Origin: an uncultured Chloroflexia bacterium
GTDB lineage: Bacteria; Chloroflexota; Dehalococcoidia; DSTF01; WHTK01
DNA: 64,000 nt
NCBI GenBank assembly: GCA_963768705.1
Contig: CAVYJE010000024.1
Location: 40,786-104,785, forward strand
Direction: 5' to 3'
Numbering within the stretch: position 1 is the first letter of the stretch; every line of letters starts with the position of its first letter. The position numbers were made by a program, and so were the translations under genes. The notes under the pieces were generated by a model, which saw nothing but the letters and a program-made list of their open reading frames with translations, was not told the DNA's origin and did not search any database. Below, piece after piece: positions 40,407-50,117 of the stretch.

Positions 40407-40917
40407 GGCCGAGGTACCGCACTGTCTGCTCCAGGCAGGCTTCGATGGGCTGTGTCGTGTCGACGGTCAGATGCGGCTCCTGCAGCGACCTGGTGACGCC
40501 GGGGCGGCTGAGGGCGACGGCCAGCGAGGCGCGTGAGTCCGGCTGCGACTGGAACCGTGGCCTCGAAGTGAGGCGGCGCTCCTGCTCGTCTTCGTCGCCG
40601 CAGTGGCACTCGACGATGTAGTAGGGAATGCCTGCCTCCGAGGCGAGGGCGCGGCCCTGCTCTGCGATGCGAGGCCAGTACACGGGGCAATCGAGCACGA
40701 GGCTGTGGCCTTGATCGAGTAGCGACTGGGCGAGCAGGAAGAAGATGTCGTAGGCCAGCCCACCTGCCTGCACGTCCTCGAGCCCGCCGGCGACCAGCGG
40801 TCCCTTGATGCGGTCCTTGTCGAGGACGACGGCGCCGGTGGCAGCTCCGACGGCGCGTGCCAGCGTGCTCTTTCCGGCACCGGACTCGCCGTGCATCTGG
40901 AGGAGGAAGCGGTTCAT
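40393..40917 (-). CDS. P-loop NTPase/kinase (AAA_33/zeta-toxin-like small kinase fold) embedded in the trp operon
   Basis: ATG 40917 overlaps the trpC stop (ATGA). Walker A GESGAGKST. The 3' end overlaps the trpF start by 14 nt. Confidence 0.7.
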   Translation of the reverse strand: MNRFLLQMHGESGAGKSTLARAVGAATGAVVLDKDRIKGPLVAGGLEDVQAGGLAYDIFFLLAQSLLDQGHSLVLDCPVYWPRIAEQGRALASEAGIPYYIVECHCGDEDEQERRLTSRPRFQSQPDSRASLAVALSRPGVTRSLQEPHLTVDTTQPIEACLEQTVRYLGHDAS

Positions 40918-41763
40918 ACGCGCAGTTCCGCCATCTTGGCGGCGACGTCCGGGGCGGTCATGAAGGCTTCGCCGACGAGGATGGCGCGCACGCCGGCACG
41001 CTGCAGGCGCTCGACGTCGGCACGGGTGTGGACGCCGCTCTCGCCTATGACGACGGCGTCGGGCGGGCAGGAGGGGGCGAATGCGCTCGGTGGTGGCGAG
41101 GTCGACGTTGAAGGTGTGGAGGTCGCGGTTGTTGATGCCGAAGAGCCAGGCGCCGGCCGCGATCGCCTGCTCCGCCTCGGCTTCGGTGTGCACTTCGACG
41201 AGCGCGTCGAGTCCGAGTTCTCGGGCCTGGGCGAGGAGGTCTCGCAGGAGGTCTAGCTCCAGCATGGCGACGATGAACAGGACGTTGTCGGCGCCGTAAG
41301 CGCGGGCCTGCAGGAGCTCGTAGGGGTGGACGACGAAGTCCTTGCGCAGGAGGGAGGGCCGGGCGTCCGGCAGCTCCTTCGAGAGCGTCCGGCGCACGTC
41401 TCGCAGCCAGGCGATGTTGCCCTGGAAGTAGTTGGGCTCTGTGACGACCGAGATGCCGGCTGCGCCACCGGTCGCGTAGGCGCGGGCGATAGCAACGGGG
41501 TCGATGGTCTCGGCGAGGACACCCTTGCTGGGCGAGGCCTTCTTGACCTCGGCGATGACCTGGACGGCGGCGGAAGCAGGTGCGTGGCCGCGCGGCGTGG
41601 CGATGGCGTCGCTGAGGCGCCATTGGGCGTCGAACTCGGCGATGGCGGCTCGCAGCACGGACTCGGGTTCCGAGCGCATGGCGGCCTCTCGCACGGCTAC
41701 GAGGTCCGCGACGATGCGGTCAAGGATGCTGCCGGTTTCGGTTACGCCTTTGATGCTCTGCAT
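40914..41763 (-). pseudogene. trpC: Indole-3-glycerol-phosphate synthase, one frame repair near 41052
   Basis: ATG 41763. EVKKASPSKG, SVVTEPNYFQG and LVEVH blocks. The C-terminus ADAVVIGESGVHTRADVERLQRAGVRAILVGEAFM... is readable after removing one C. Confidence 0.85.
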
Positions 41764-41785
41764 GTCGTTCCTGCTCTCGGGCTTA

Positions 41786-42799
41786 TTATCCGCCGAAGCT
41801 GTTTGTCGCCGCGACGTAGGCCTCGAGCCGGCGTTTGGCAGAGCCGCTATCGATGGAGATGCGGGCCTGCTCGATGCCGGTCTTGATGTCGTGGGTGTGC
41901 TCGGCGGCGTAGAGGGCGACGCCGGCATTGGCGAGCACGTAGTCGCGGTCGGGCGACTGCTTGCCGTCGAGGAGGGCGCGCATGCGGGCGGCGTTTTCTT
42001 CCTTGGTGCCGGTCTTCACGTCGGCCAGCGGGATCGTCGGTAGGCCGAGGCTGTCGGGCGTGATCGAGTAGGTGTTGACGTCGTTGCCGATGACCTCGTG
42101 CACAGTCGTGGGGGCGCCGAGGGAGACTTCGTCCAGGCCGTCGTCGCTATGCACGAGGAGGACTCTTCCGGTCCCGAGCCGGCGCAGGACCTGTGCAAGC
42201 TTGTCGGCCATCTCCATGGTGCTGACACCGATGAGCTGGTAGCGGGCACGTGCCGGGTTAGTCAGCGGCCCAAGCGAGTTGAAGATCGTTCGGATGCCGA
42301 TCTCACGCCGCGTTGGGCCGACGAAGCGCATCGCGGGGTGCATGGACTGAGCGAAGAGGAAGCCGAAGCCGGTCTCTTCGATGACCTTTTGGGCCTGCTC
42401 GGGCGTGAGGTCGATCTTGGCGCCCAGCACTTCGAGCACGTCTGCCGCGCCTGAAGTCGACGTAAAGCCGCGATTGCCGTGCTTCACGACGCGCACGCCG
42501 GCGCCGGCACACGCGAGCGCGGCACCCGTGGAGATGTTGAAGGGGTCGAAGCCGCCGCCGGTACCCACGACATCGAGAACGTTGGCGCCGACGTCGACGT
42601 GCAGGGCCTTCTCGCGCATGACGCGCACCATGCCGGTGATCTCATCGACGGTCTCGCCCTTCATGCGCAGGGCCACGAGCAGCGCCGCGGCCTGCGAAGG
42701 CGTCGCCTCCTCGGACATGAGCTCCTGCATGCACTGGGTGGCTTCGTCTTCGGTGAGGTCGCGTCCGGCGACGATGGCGGATATGGCTTCGCGAATCAT
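41786..42799 (-). CDS. trpD: Anthranilate phosphoribosyltransferase
   Basis: VVGTGGGFDPFNISTGAA and KHGNRGFTS motifs. Intact 337 aa. Confidence 0.9.
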   Translation of the reverse strand: MIREAISAIVAGRDLTEDEATQCMQELMSEEATPSQAAALLVALRMKGETVDEITGMVRVMREKALHVDVGANVLDVVGTGGGFDPFNISTGAALACAGAGVRVVKHGNRGFTSTSGAADVLEVLGAKIDLTPEQAQKVIEETGFGFLFAQSMHPAMRFVGPTRREIGIRTIFNSLGPLTNPARARYQLIGVSTMEMADKLAQVLRRLGTGRVLLVHSDDGLDEVSLGAPTTVHEVIGNDVNTYSITPDSLGLPTIPLADVKTGTKEENAARMRALLDGKQSPDRDYVLANAGVALYAAEHTHDIKTGIEQARISIDSGSAKRRLEAYVAATNSFGG

Positions 42800-43072
42800 C
42801 TACGGCAGCCTTTCATATGTCTGCTCCGATCGTCGGGCTATTTCTTCGACTATCACGAGCGATCGGTCTGTAGAGACGGAGTAGATAATGCGGTAGTCAC
42901 CTACCCGTATTCTCCACAGGGGTGGCACCGCGCCTGTCACCTTGAGCGAGCCGCTCGGGAATGGCTCATCGCCAAGGTCCCAGATCGATGCCAAGATCCT
43001 CTCAACTTGCCTTGCGGGTACGCGTCTGAGCGTTCTTTTTGCCCGCCTTGTCAGATCGACCTGGTAAGACAA
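42800..43072 (-). CDS. relE: RelE/ParE-family type II toxin
   Basis: ...LWRIRVGDYRIIYSVSTDRSLVIVEEIARRSE is a typical RelE/ParE core. TTG start. The stop TAG directly abuts the trpD ATG. Confidence 0.8.
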   Translation of the reverse strand: MSYQVDLTRRAKRTLRRVPARQVERILASIWDLGDEPFPSGSLKVTGAVPPLWRIRVGDYRIIYSVSTDRSLVIVEEIARRSEQTYERLP

Positions 43073-43292
43073 TACCCCGCTCCTTCAAATACTCATCAAG
43101 CGATGTGGCGGAATCGGGGGCCTGCAAGTACTCCTCCAGGCTTCGTTCGCCAGCGATCGCATCGAGTTCGTCCTCGAAGGTCTTGTCCAGGGCGTATCGC
43201 ACGAGGGCCGCCATCGTCGTTTTCTTCCGGTGCGCGAGTTCCTTCAGGTCGCCGTGGAAGTCCTCATCGAGATAAACCAAGAGCTTTGCCAT
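43002..43292 (-). CDS. Ribbon-helix-helix-type antitoxin (3' end uncertain, overlaps toxin start by 71 nt as assembled)
   Basis: ATG 43292 or 43295 after GGAGG. MAKLLVYLDEDFHGDLKELAHRKKTTMAALVRYAL looks like beta-strand + two helices. Confidence 0.6.
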   Translation of the reverse strand: MAKLLVYLDEDFHGDLKELAHRKKTTMAALVRYALDKTFEDELDAIAGERSLEEYLQAPDSATSLDEYLKERGIVLPGRSDKAGKKNAQTRTRKAS

Positions 43293-43331
43293 CATCCTGC
43301 CTCCGGGTGACATAGTGACATACCTATATCG

Positions 43332-43898
43332 CTATGTCATTTTCAGAAAGTTGTCCAGTAGCTGCTTGCCCGGCTTCGTCAGGATCGATTCCGGGTGGAA
43401 CTGGACGCCTTCAATGGTCAGGGTCTTGTGGCGGATGCCCATGATCACGCCGGACTCGGAGCGCGCCGTGACTTCGAGCACGTCCGGGAGGGTCTCCGGC
43501 ACGATGGCGAGGGAGTGGTAGCGCACGGCTTCGAAGGGCTGGGGCAGGCCGGCGAAGACGCCCTTGTTGTCGTGGGTGACCTTGGACATCTTGCCGTGCT
43601 TGATCTCGCCGGCGCCGGCAACGACCGCCCCGAAGGCCTGGCCGATGCACTGGTGGCCCAGGCAGACGCCGAGTAGCGGCACCTGGCCGGCGAAGCGCTT
43701 GATCACGTCGACGCTGATACCGGCGTCATCGGGGTTGCCCGGGCCGGGCGAGATCACGATGCGCTCCGGCGCCATGGAGTCGATGTCCTCGATACCGATC
43801 TTGTCGTTGCGAAAGACCTCGACTTCGGCGCCGAGCTCGCAAAGGTACTGGTAGAGGTTGTAGGTGAAGCTGTCGTAGTTATCGATTAGAAGGAGCAT
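43332..43898 (-). CDS. trpG: Anthranilate synthase component II (glutamine amidotransferase)
   Basis: [17 protein letters not shown] and the FHPES triad context. Confidence 0.9.
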   Translation of the reverse strand: MLLLIDNYDSFTYNLYQYLCELGAEVEVFRNDKIGIEDIDSMAPERIVISPGPGNPDDAGISVDVIKRFAGQVPLLGVCLGHQCIGQAFGAVVAGAGEIKHGKMSKVTHDNKGVFAGLPQPFEAVRYHSLAIVPETLPDVLEVTARSESGVIMGIRHKTLTIEGVQFHPESILTKPGKQLLDNFLKMT

Positions 43899-44007
43899 GC
43901 TGCTTTCCTTTTGACGATGGCGGATGAGTGCTCATCGTTGGAATTCGGGGTGCTGAGCGCTGCACATCGCTGTCGCGCTGCTCCGCGGGACGTAATTAAT
44001 TGGGGAT

Positions 44008-44031
44008 GGGGGACACCCCCCATGGCCCCCC
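44008..44031. repeat. G/C-run hairpin repeat GGGGGACACCCCCC.TGGCCCCCC
   Basis: Second copy at 46753-46776. Both lie in trp-cluster intergenic gaps. Confidence 0.6.
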
Positions 44032-44241
44032 GCGCAGGGCTCCGCCCCCGCTACCCTGGTTTCGCTTCGCGAAGCGGGGTTCGCGGAGCTATCGAGACGA
44101 CGAGGCGATCCGGACCGCTGAGGGCTTCCGTGCACCACCACTGTTCGGAGGATTATCTGGGAGGAGGATGTCGACGACGGCTCCATCATCCGTTCGCCCG
44201 AGCTTGTCGAAGGGCGAGGGGCGAGGCGCTGCGTCTGCTTC

Positions 44242-44679
44242 TCAGACGACAGTCGCGTCGTTGCTTGTGTGCGCATCACAGGTCCCGGTGATGTAGCCGG
44301 CGAGCTCCGCGAGGTGGGGGTAGGTTGTGGCGTCCGTGAGGTCGCCTCGGGCGGCCCAGCCGACTTCGGCGAAGGGGCCGCTCTCGCGGAAGCGCGGGTG
44401 GCCCTCGTAGCCGACGCGGTGGATGGCGACGGCGTAGGTCTTATCGCCGTCATCGATGTGCAGGGTCTGGAACGGCTCGCTGCCCATGACCTGGATATCG
44501 AGCTGGTCCTTGGCGAACTCGGCGATGAGGTCGTCCGGCGACTTGCCGCGGGGCAGTACGTCGCCGGGCAGGGTCCAGCCGCCGGCAAACGGGGGCTCGC
44601 CGTCCTTGTGCCGCGCCAGGAGCACGGAGTCATTGTCCTCGATGAGGAGCCAGACGAGGACGGTATGCTCGTTGGTCAT
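44242..44679 (-). CDS. Nudix-fold protein with degenerate Nudix box
   Basis: Trimmed to ATG 44679 (GGAGGTG RBS). GGWTLPGDVLPRGKSPDDLIAEFAKDQLDI aligns to GX5EX7REUXEEXGU, but the Glu/Arg positions are largely replaced. Confidence 0.6.
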   Translation of the reverse strand: MTNEHTVLVWLLIEDNDSVLLARHKDGEPPFAGGWTLPGDVLPRGKSPDDLIAEFAKDQLDIQVMGSEPFQTLHIDDGDKTYAVAIHRVGYEGHPRFRESGPFAEVGWAARGDLTDATTYPHLAELAGYITGTCDAHTSNDATVV

Positions 44680-45170
44680 TGCGACACCTCCAGGGGCTTT
44701 CGCATCATGCGATGGCACGGCTGAGAAGCCGGACTTCGGCCAGAAGCTCAGACCAGGCCGGTTTCCCGTCAGCGACATCAGGTCGAATGATCGTCGCCGC
44801 CTGCTCTGGCACCATGCTCGAATCGTTCAAGCGAGCGCGTGCCGATGCCTTGCCTGCGCTGCTCGTGCGCAACAAAGGCGTTGCTGATGAGGCCTACGGC
44901 TTCATCGGAAGATGCCGAAATCACGCGAATCTGAGCACCGCTAGATAAGCCAACGGCGGTCGCCCGAGCCGTTGCGAGGAGGATAAGGTGACGGCCCCGG
45001 TTGGACGAAGTCATGAATCCCGCATTGCCGCCCAGTCATCCCGCAAGCTGCCGTGAGTCCCAGGCGCGGTGGTACTCGATGCAGCGCGAGGACAGAGTGA
45101 ATCGAGCTCGTGCCAGGTTTGTCGGGGATGCAGTGACTTCCTCGATGACGATTTCGTTGTTCTCGTTCAT
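44680..45170 (-). pseudogene. GNAT-family N-acetyltransferase, at least 3 frame repairs; last frame is continuous with the Nudix ORF
   Basis: ATG 45170 lies 2 nt after the trpE stop. Motif A-like EQRRQGIGTRSLERFE in ORF 44778..45014. C-terminal GNRPGLSFWPKSGF is in the frame that runs into the Nudix gene. Confidence 0.5.
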
Positions 45171-45172
45171 CC

Positions 45173-46643
45173 TCAGTACCCCAGGCTTCCCGCGGGCCGC
45201 GACGCCGAATCGGCTTCGGCCTGCTCGATGGCGCGGATGAGGGCACGGGCCTTGTTCTCCGTCTCCGTGTACTCGGTGGCAGGGTCGGAGTCGTAGACGA
45301 TGCCGCCGCCGGACTGGACGTGGGCGACGCCGTCCTTCATGAGGATGGTGCGGATCGTGATCGCCGTGTCGAGGTTGCCGGAGAGGTCGAAGTAGCCGAC
45401 GCAGCCGGAGTAGGGGCCGCGCTGGTCCTCTTCGAGCTCGGCGATGAGCTCCATGGCGCGGATCTTGGGTGCGCCGGAGACGGTGCCGGCCGGGAAGCAG
45501 GCACGCAGGGCATCGAAGGGGCTCATGCCCTTGCGCAGGCGGCCCGTGACGTGCGAGACGAGGTGCATGACGTGCGAGTAGCGCTCGACGTCCATGACCT
45601 GCGGGACCTCGACGGAGCCGGCTTCGCTGACGCGGCCGACGTCGTTGCGCCCGAGGTCGAGGAGCATGACGTGCTCGGCGATCTCCTTCTCGTCGGCGAC
45701 GAGCTCCTCTTCCAGCGCCTTGTCCTCGTCGGGTGTGGCGCCACGAGGCCGAGTGCCGGCGATGGGGTGGTAGTCGATCTTGCCCTCCTCGACGCGCACG
45801 AGCATCTCGGGCGAGGTGCCCACGAGCTGCGCCTCGCCGAGGTCGAGGTAGAACATGTAGGGCGAGGGGTTGATCGTGCGCAGGGCGCGGTACACGTCGA
45901 AGGGGTGAGCCGCCGTCGGACGCTGGAAGCGCTGCGAGAGCACGATCTGGATGATGTCGCCGGCGACGATGTGCTCTTTCGCTTTGTCCACAGCGGCGGC
46001 GTGCTGCTCCCGCGTCATGTTCGATGACACGGTCTGCCGCGCGTCGATGCCAGGGCCGGGGCGGTAGGGCAGCGACGCCAGCGGCTTCTCGAGTCGCTTG
46101 ACGAGCTCCTCGATGCGCCATTGGGCCTGGCGGTAGGCGGCCTCGATGTCGCCGTCGAGGCGGAAGTGGCTGACGACCTTGATGCGGTGCTGCAGGTGGT
46201 CGAACACGAGCAGGGTGTCCGTGAACAGGAAGATCGATTCAGGCATGTGGAGGGCGTCGTTGTCGCGCCTTCGGGACGCGGTCCTCGAAGTAGCGCACGA
46301 CCTCGTACGAGAGATAGCCGACGGCGCCGCCCGTGAACCGGGGCAGGCCGGGCACTTCGACGGGCTTGAACCGCGCCAGCTCCTCCTCGACCGTGACGAG
46401 GGGGTCGCCGCCGTCCGCCTCCGTGCGCAGGGTGCGATAGGGCTCCGTGCCGATGAAGCTGTAGCGGGCGAGGCGTTCGCCGCCCTCCACGCTTTCGAGC
46501 AGGTAGCTATAGCTGCCGCGCGCGACTTTCAGGTAAGCCGAAACCGGTGTTTCGAGATCGGCAGGTACCTCCGTATACAGCGGGCAGTAGTTGCCGTTGG
46601 CGGCAAGGGACTTGGCTTCTTCTAGCGTTGGTTTGAGGTTCAT
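45173..46643 (-). pseudogene. trpE: Anthranilate synthase component I, one frame repair near 46255
   Basis: N-terminus in ORF 46239..46643 (LESVEGGERLARYSFIG). Remainder in ORF 45173..46246 (chorismate-binding domain, ...GAPKIRAMELI..., GGGIVYDS). Confidence 0.9.
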
Positions 46644-46752
46644 CCGACTTTCCTTTCGTCCAGAGTAGCTGGCTTTGTGCCAACCGAGGAAAGCCGTGCC
46701 CTCAGCTGCGCATCCCTATCGGGCTGCTCGGCCCGGGTCTTGAGGGGAGGCC

Positions 46753-46776
46753 GGGGGGACACCCCCCGTGCCCCCC
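46753..46776. repeat. G/C-run hairpin repeat GGGGGGACACCCCCCGTGCCCCCC
   Basis: Paralog of 44008-44031. Confidence 0.6.
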
Positions 46777-46823
46777 GGCAGAGGCGTGGCGCCCTCTGCA
46801 CTCCCGCCATTTGTGGGGCCGGG

Positions 46824-47495
46824 CTAGCAGTCGCCCTCGTAGGCACCGTCGAGGAAGCGCCAAAGACGGTCGGCGGCCGAACGAGTCGCCTCCTCCAGTC
46901 CGAGGCGTGCCTCAGGGGTGGTTGCGGCGGCGGCAACGGCGTCGCGCTCCGTCTGGGAGTGGTAGACGTCGACGTCCTGGTGGACGCTGAAGAACTCGTA
47001 GCCACGCTCGTCGACGAAGGCGTAGTTCTTCTGCAGGCCGATGATCTTCTGGGTGGCGACGGCGGGCGCCTGGGACTCGTACGCGTAGAGCGTGGCGAGG
47101 CCTTCGGCGACGCTGGCTTCGCTGCAGGCGGCTCGGAAGCCGTCGATCAGGTCCGTGGTCTCCGCGTTCGGCTCGGAGGCGCGCACCTCATCGGCGTCGA
47201 GGCCGAGCGACTCGCAGAACTGGAGCCAGAGGGCCAGGTGGTTCTGGTCGCCGTGCTCCTCGTCCCAGAGGTTCTGGAGGACGGCCTTGCGGGCCTCGCC
47301 GGGCTCCATGCGGGCGTGAACGGCGCTCAGGAACGTCGGGAAGGCGGCCTCGAAGTGGAAGTACTGCCTGGCGTACTCCTGCAGGGACTCCAGCGGCAGG
47401 GTGCCGGCCGTCCAAGCCTGGTAGAAGGGGTGCTTGAGCAGACTGCGCTCATCGATGATCTCGTCGAGCGTCTCCGTGAAGGTCTGGGTCGTCAA
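46824..47495 (-). CDS. Heme-oxygenase-like di-iron protein of the CADD/PqqC/TenA family
   Basis: LLKHPFYQAWTAGTLPLESLQEYARQYFHFEAAFPTFLSAVHAR...NLWDEEHGDQNHLALW resembles the family signature. TTG start with AGGAGA RBS. Confidence 0.7.
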   Translation of the reverse strand: MTTQTFTETLDEIIDERSLLKHPFYQAWTAGTLPLESLQEYARQYFHFEAAFPTFLSAVHARMEPGEARKAVLQNLWDEEHGDQNHLALWLQFCESLGLDADEVRASEPNAETTDLIDGFRAACSEASVAEGLATLYAYESQAPAVATQKIIGLQKNYAFVDERGYEFFSVHQDVDVYHSQTERDAVAAAATTPEARLGLEEATRSAADRLWRFLDGAYEGDC

Positions 47496-47644
47496 TGGTT
47501 TCTCCTGACTATCGCGGGCCTCTCACCACGAGAGGCCTTGTTTACCAACCTGATTATCGAGTCCTGCAACCACGGCTGTCGCAGGACTGGATCACGATTC
47601 TTTGCTCGTCGCTCTTGTTGTGCTCCCACTAACGCTCTGGGTTC

Positions 47645-48665
47645 TCACCGGCCGGACGGCAGGGTGAGTCCCATCTTCTGCTTAATCTCGTCGACTTTCG
47701 GCCCCGAGCGGTTGGCCGCCTGCTCGGCACCGATGGCCAGGAGGCGATCGAGCTCGGCCGGGTCCTCGATGAGCTGGTCGTAGCGCTCCCGGATCGGCGC
47801 CGATTTCGGCGAGCACGACTTCGGCGACACGCTTCTTGAGGTCGCCGTAACCACGCGCATCGGCGAAGTCCTGCTCCGTCTCCTGCTCGGACTTGCCGGT
47901 GATGGCCTTGTAGATGCCGAGCAGGTTGTTGACACCGGCCTTCTCCGGATCGGCCGAGAAGCGGATCTCGCCGCCGGAGTCGGTGACGGCGCGCATGATC
48001 GCCCGTTCGATCTCCTTCGGCTCGTCCAGCATGCGAATAGCGTGACCGCGGATGTGCGCGTACGTCTTCGACATCTTCGCGGCCGGGTCGTTGAGGCCCA
48101 TGACGCGGGCGCCGACGGGCGGGATCACCGGCTCCGGCACGATGAAGGTTTCGCCGTAGAGGTGGTTGAAGCGCTGGGCGATGTCGCGCGCCAGCTCGAC
48201 GTGCTGCTTCTGGTCCTCGCCTACCGGCACCTCGTGGGCGTCGTACAGCAGGATGTCGGCCGCCATGAGCACCGGGTAGTCGAGCAGGCCGGTGAGGATC
48301 GTCTCCTGCTTGGCGGCCTTGTCTTTGTACTGGGTCATCCGCTCCAGCCAGCCGAGCGGCGTGATGCAGTTGAGCAGCCAGCAGGCCTCCGCGTGAGCGG
48401 CAACGTGACTCTGCACGAACAGGGTGCTCAGCTTGGGGTCGATACCGCAGGCGAGCAGCATCGCCGCCAGCGAGCGGGTCTGAGCGACGAGCTTCGCCGG
48501 GTCCTGCGGCACCGTGAGAGCGTGCATGTCGACGATGCAGAAGAAGTTCGTGCGCTCCTGCTGCCCTGCGACCCACTGCTTGACGGCGCCCAGGTAGTTA
48601 CCAAGGTGAATCTCGCCGGACGGCTGGATGCCGGAGAGGACGCGTCGGGATGCGACGGCGGTCAT
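47645..48665 (-). pseudogene. trpS: Tryptophan--tRNA ligase, one frame repair near 47800
   Basis: SGIQPSGEIHLGNYLG (HIGH-type) and KMSKT motifs. The C-terminal 50 aa are in ORF 47645..47935. Confidence 0.9.
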
Positions 48666-48705
48666 AGGGCAGCTCCTGCTTGCACTCTGTACTCTGACCT
48701 CTGCA

Positions 48706-50076
48706 TTACGCGGGTACCTTCGGTACTAAGGCCATGGCGGCGTGCACCAGCTCCTCCGGGTAGGCGTAGTCTTCGAGCTTGCCGGAGAGGTACTGGTCGT
48801 AGGCGGCCATGTCGAAGTCGCCGTGGCCGCTGAGGTTGAAGAGGATGACGCGATCCTCACCGGCTTCGTCGGCGGCCTGGGCTTCGCCGATGGCGGCGGC
48901 GATGGCGTGAGCGCTCTCCGGTGCGGGGATGATGCCCTCGGTGCGGGCGAACTGAATCGCCGACTCGAATACCCGGGTCTGGGGGTAGGCCTGGGCCTCG
49001 ATGTGGCCGCGGGAGTGCAGCTCGCAGATCAGGGGCGCCATGCCGTGGTAGCGCAGGCCGCCGGCGTGGATGCCAGGCGGGACGAAGGTGTGTCCGAGCG
49101 TGTACATCTTCACGAGCGGGGTGATGCCCGCCGTGTCGCCGAAGTCGTAGACGTACTCGCCGCGCGTGAGGCTGGGGCAGGCTTCCGGCTCGGCGGCGAG
49201 GAATCGAGTCTGCTTGCCGTTCATCAGGCGCTCGCGCAGGAAGGGGAAGGCGATGCCGCCGAAGTTGGAGCCGCCGCCGGCGCAGCCGACGACGACGTCC
49301 GGGTATTCGCCGGCCATCTCCATCTGCTTGATCGACTCTTCGCCGATGACGGTCTGGTGCATCAGGACGTGGTTGAGCACGCTGCCGAGCGAGTACTTCG
49401 TATCCTCACGCGAGGCGGCGTCCTCGACGGCCTCGCTGATGGCGATGCCGAGGCTGCCGGGCGAGTTCGGGTCTTGCTCCAGGACAGCGCGGCCGGCAGC
49501 CGTATCCGTGCTGGGGCTGGGGATGACGTGGCCGCCCCAGGTCTCCATCATGACGCGGCGGTAGGGCTTCTGCTCGTAGCTCACCTTGACCATGTAGACC
49601 TTGAGCTCGATGTCGAAGTAGTTGCAGGCGAGGGAGAGGGCGCTGCCCCACTGGCCGGCGCCGGTCTCGGTCGTCAGGCGCTTCGTGCCTTCCAGCTTGT
49701 TGTAGTAGGCCTGGGCGACGGCCGTGTTGGGCTTGTGGGAGCCGGCGGGCGAGACGCCTTCGTACTTGTAGTAGATGTGGGCGCGCGTACCCAGGGCTTT
49801 CTCCAGGCGATGCGCCCGGAATAGCGGCGAGGGCCTCCAGAGCTTGTAGACGTCCCGAATCGGCTCAGGGATCTCGATGAAGCGGTCCTGGCTGACTTCC
49901 TGCGCGATCAGCGACATCGGGAACAGCGGCGCGAGGTCGTCCGGGCCGATGGGCTGCAGCGTGCCGGGATGCAGGGGCGGAGGCGGCGGGCCACCGGTGG
50001 CGACCATGTCCGGCATGATGTTGTACCAGTGGGTCGGTAGCTCGCTCTCGGGGAGCAGAAACTTGGTGTCGGCCAT
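48706..50076 (-). CDS. trpB2: TrpB2-type (TrpB-like) PLP-dependent tryptophan synthase beta paralog
   Basis: Intact 456 aa. N-terminal extension [14 protein letters not shown] lysine context GSHKPNTA. Length and motifs are typical of TrpB2 rather than TrpB1. Confidence 0.9.
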   Translation of the reverse strand: MADTKFLLPESELPTHWYNIMPDMVATGGPPPPPLHPGTLQPIGPDDLAPLFPMSLIAQEVSQDRFIEIPEPIRDVYKLWRPSPLFRAHRLEKALGTRAHIYYKYEGVSPAGSHKPNTAVAQAYYNKLEGTKRLTTETGAGQWGSALSLACNYFDIELKVYMVKVSYEQKPYRRVMMETWGGHVIPSPSTDTAAGRAVLEQDPNSPGSLGIAISEAVEDAASREDTKYSLGSVLNHVLMHQTVIGEESIKQMEMAGEYPDVVVGCAGGGSNFGGIAFPFLRERLMNGKQTRFLAAEPEACPSLTRGEYVYDFGDTAGITPLVKMYTLGHTFVPPGIHAGGLRYHGMAPLICELHSRGHIEAQAYPQTRVFESAIQFARTEGIIPAPESAHAIAAAIGEAQAADEAGEDRVILFNLSGHGDFDMAAYDQYLSGKLEDYAYPEELVHAAMALVPKVPA

Positions 50077-50117
50077 CTTGTCCCTCCTAGCGTGGGTTCG
50101 GTGCCCTGTTTTCGGCG

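Noticed and set aside
46644-46823. Second T-box or a Trp-codon leader peptide (attenuator) upstream of trpE
   Set aside because: No GGUGGUACCGCG-like T-box sequence and no terminator with a U-tract is present. The only upstream ATG frame contains no Trp codons.
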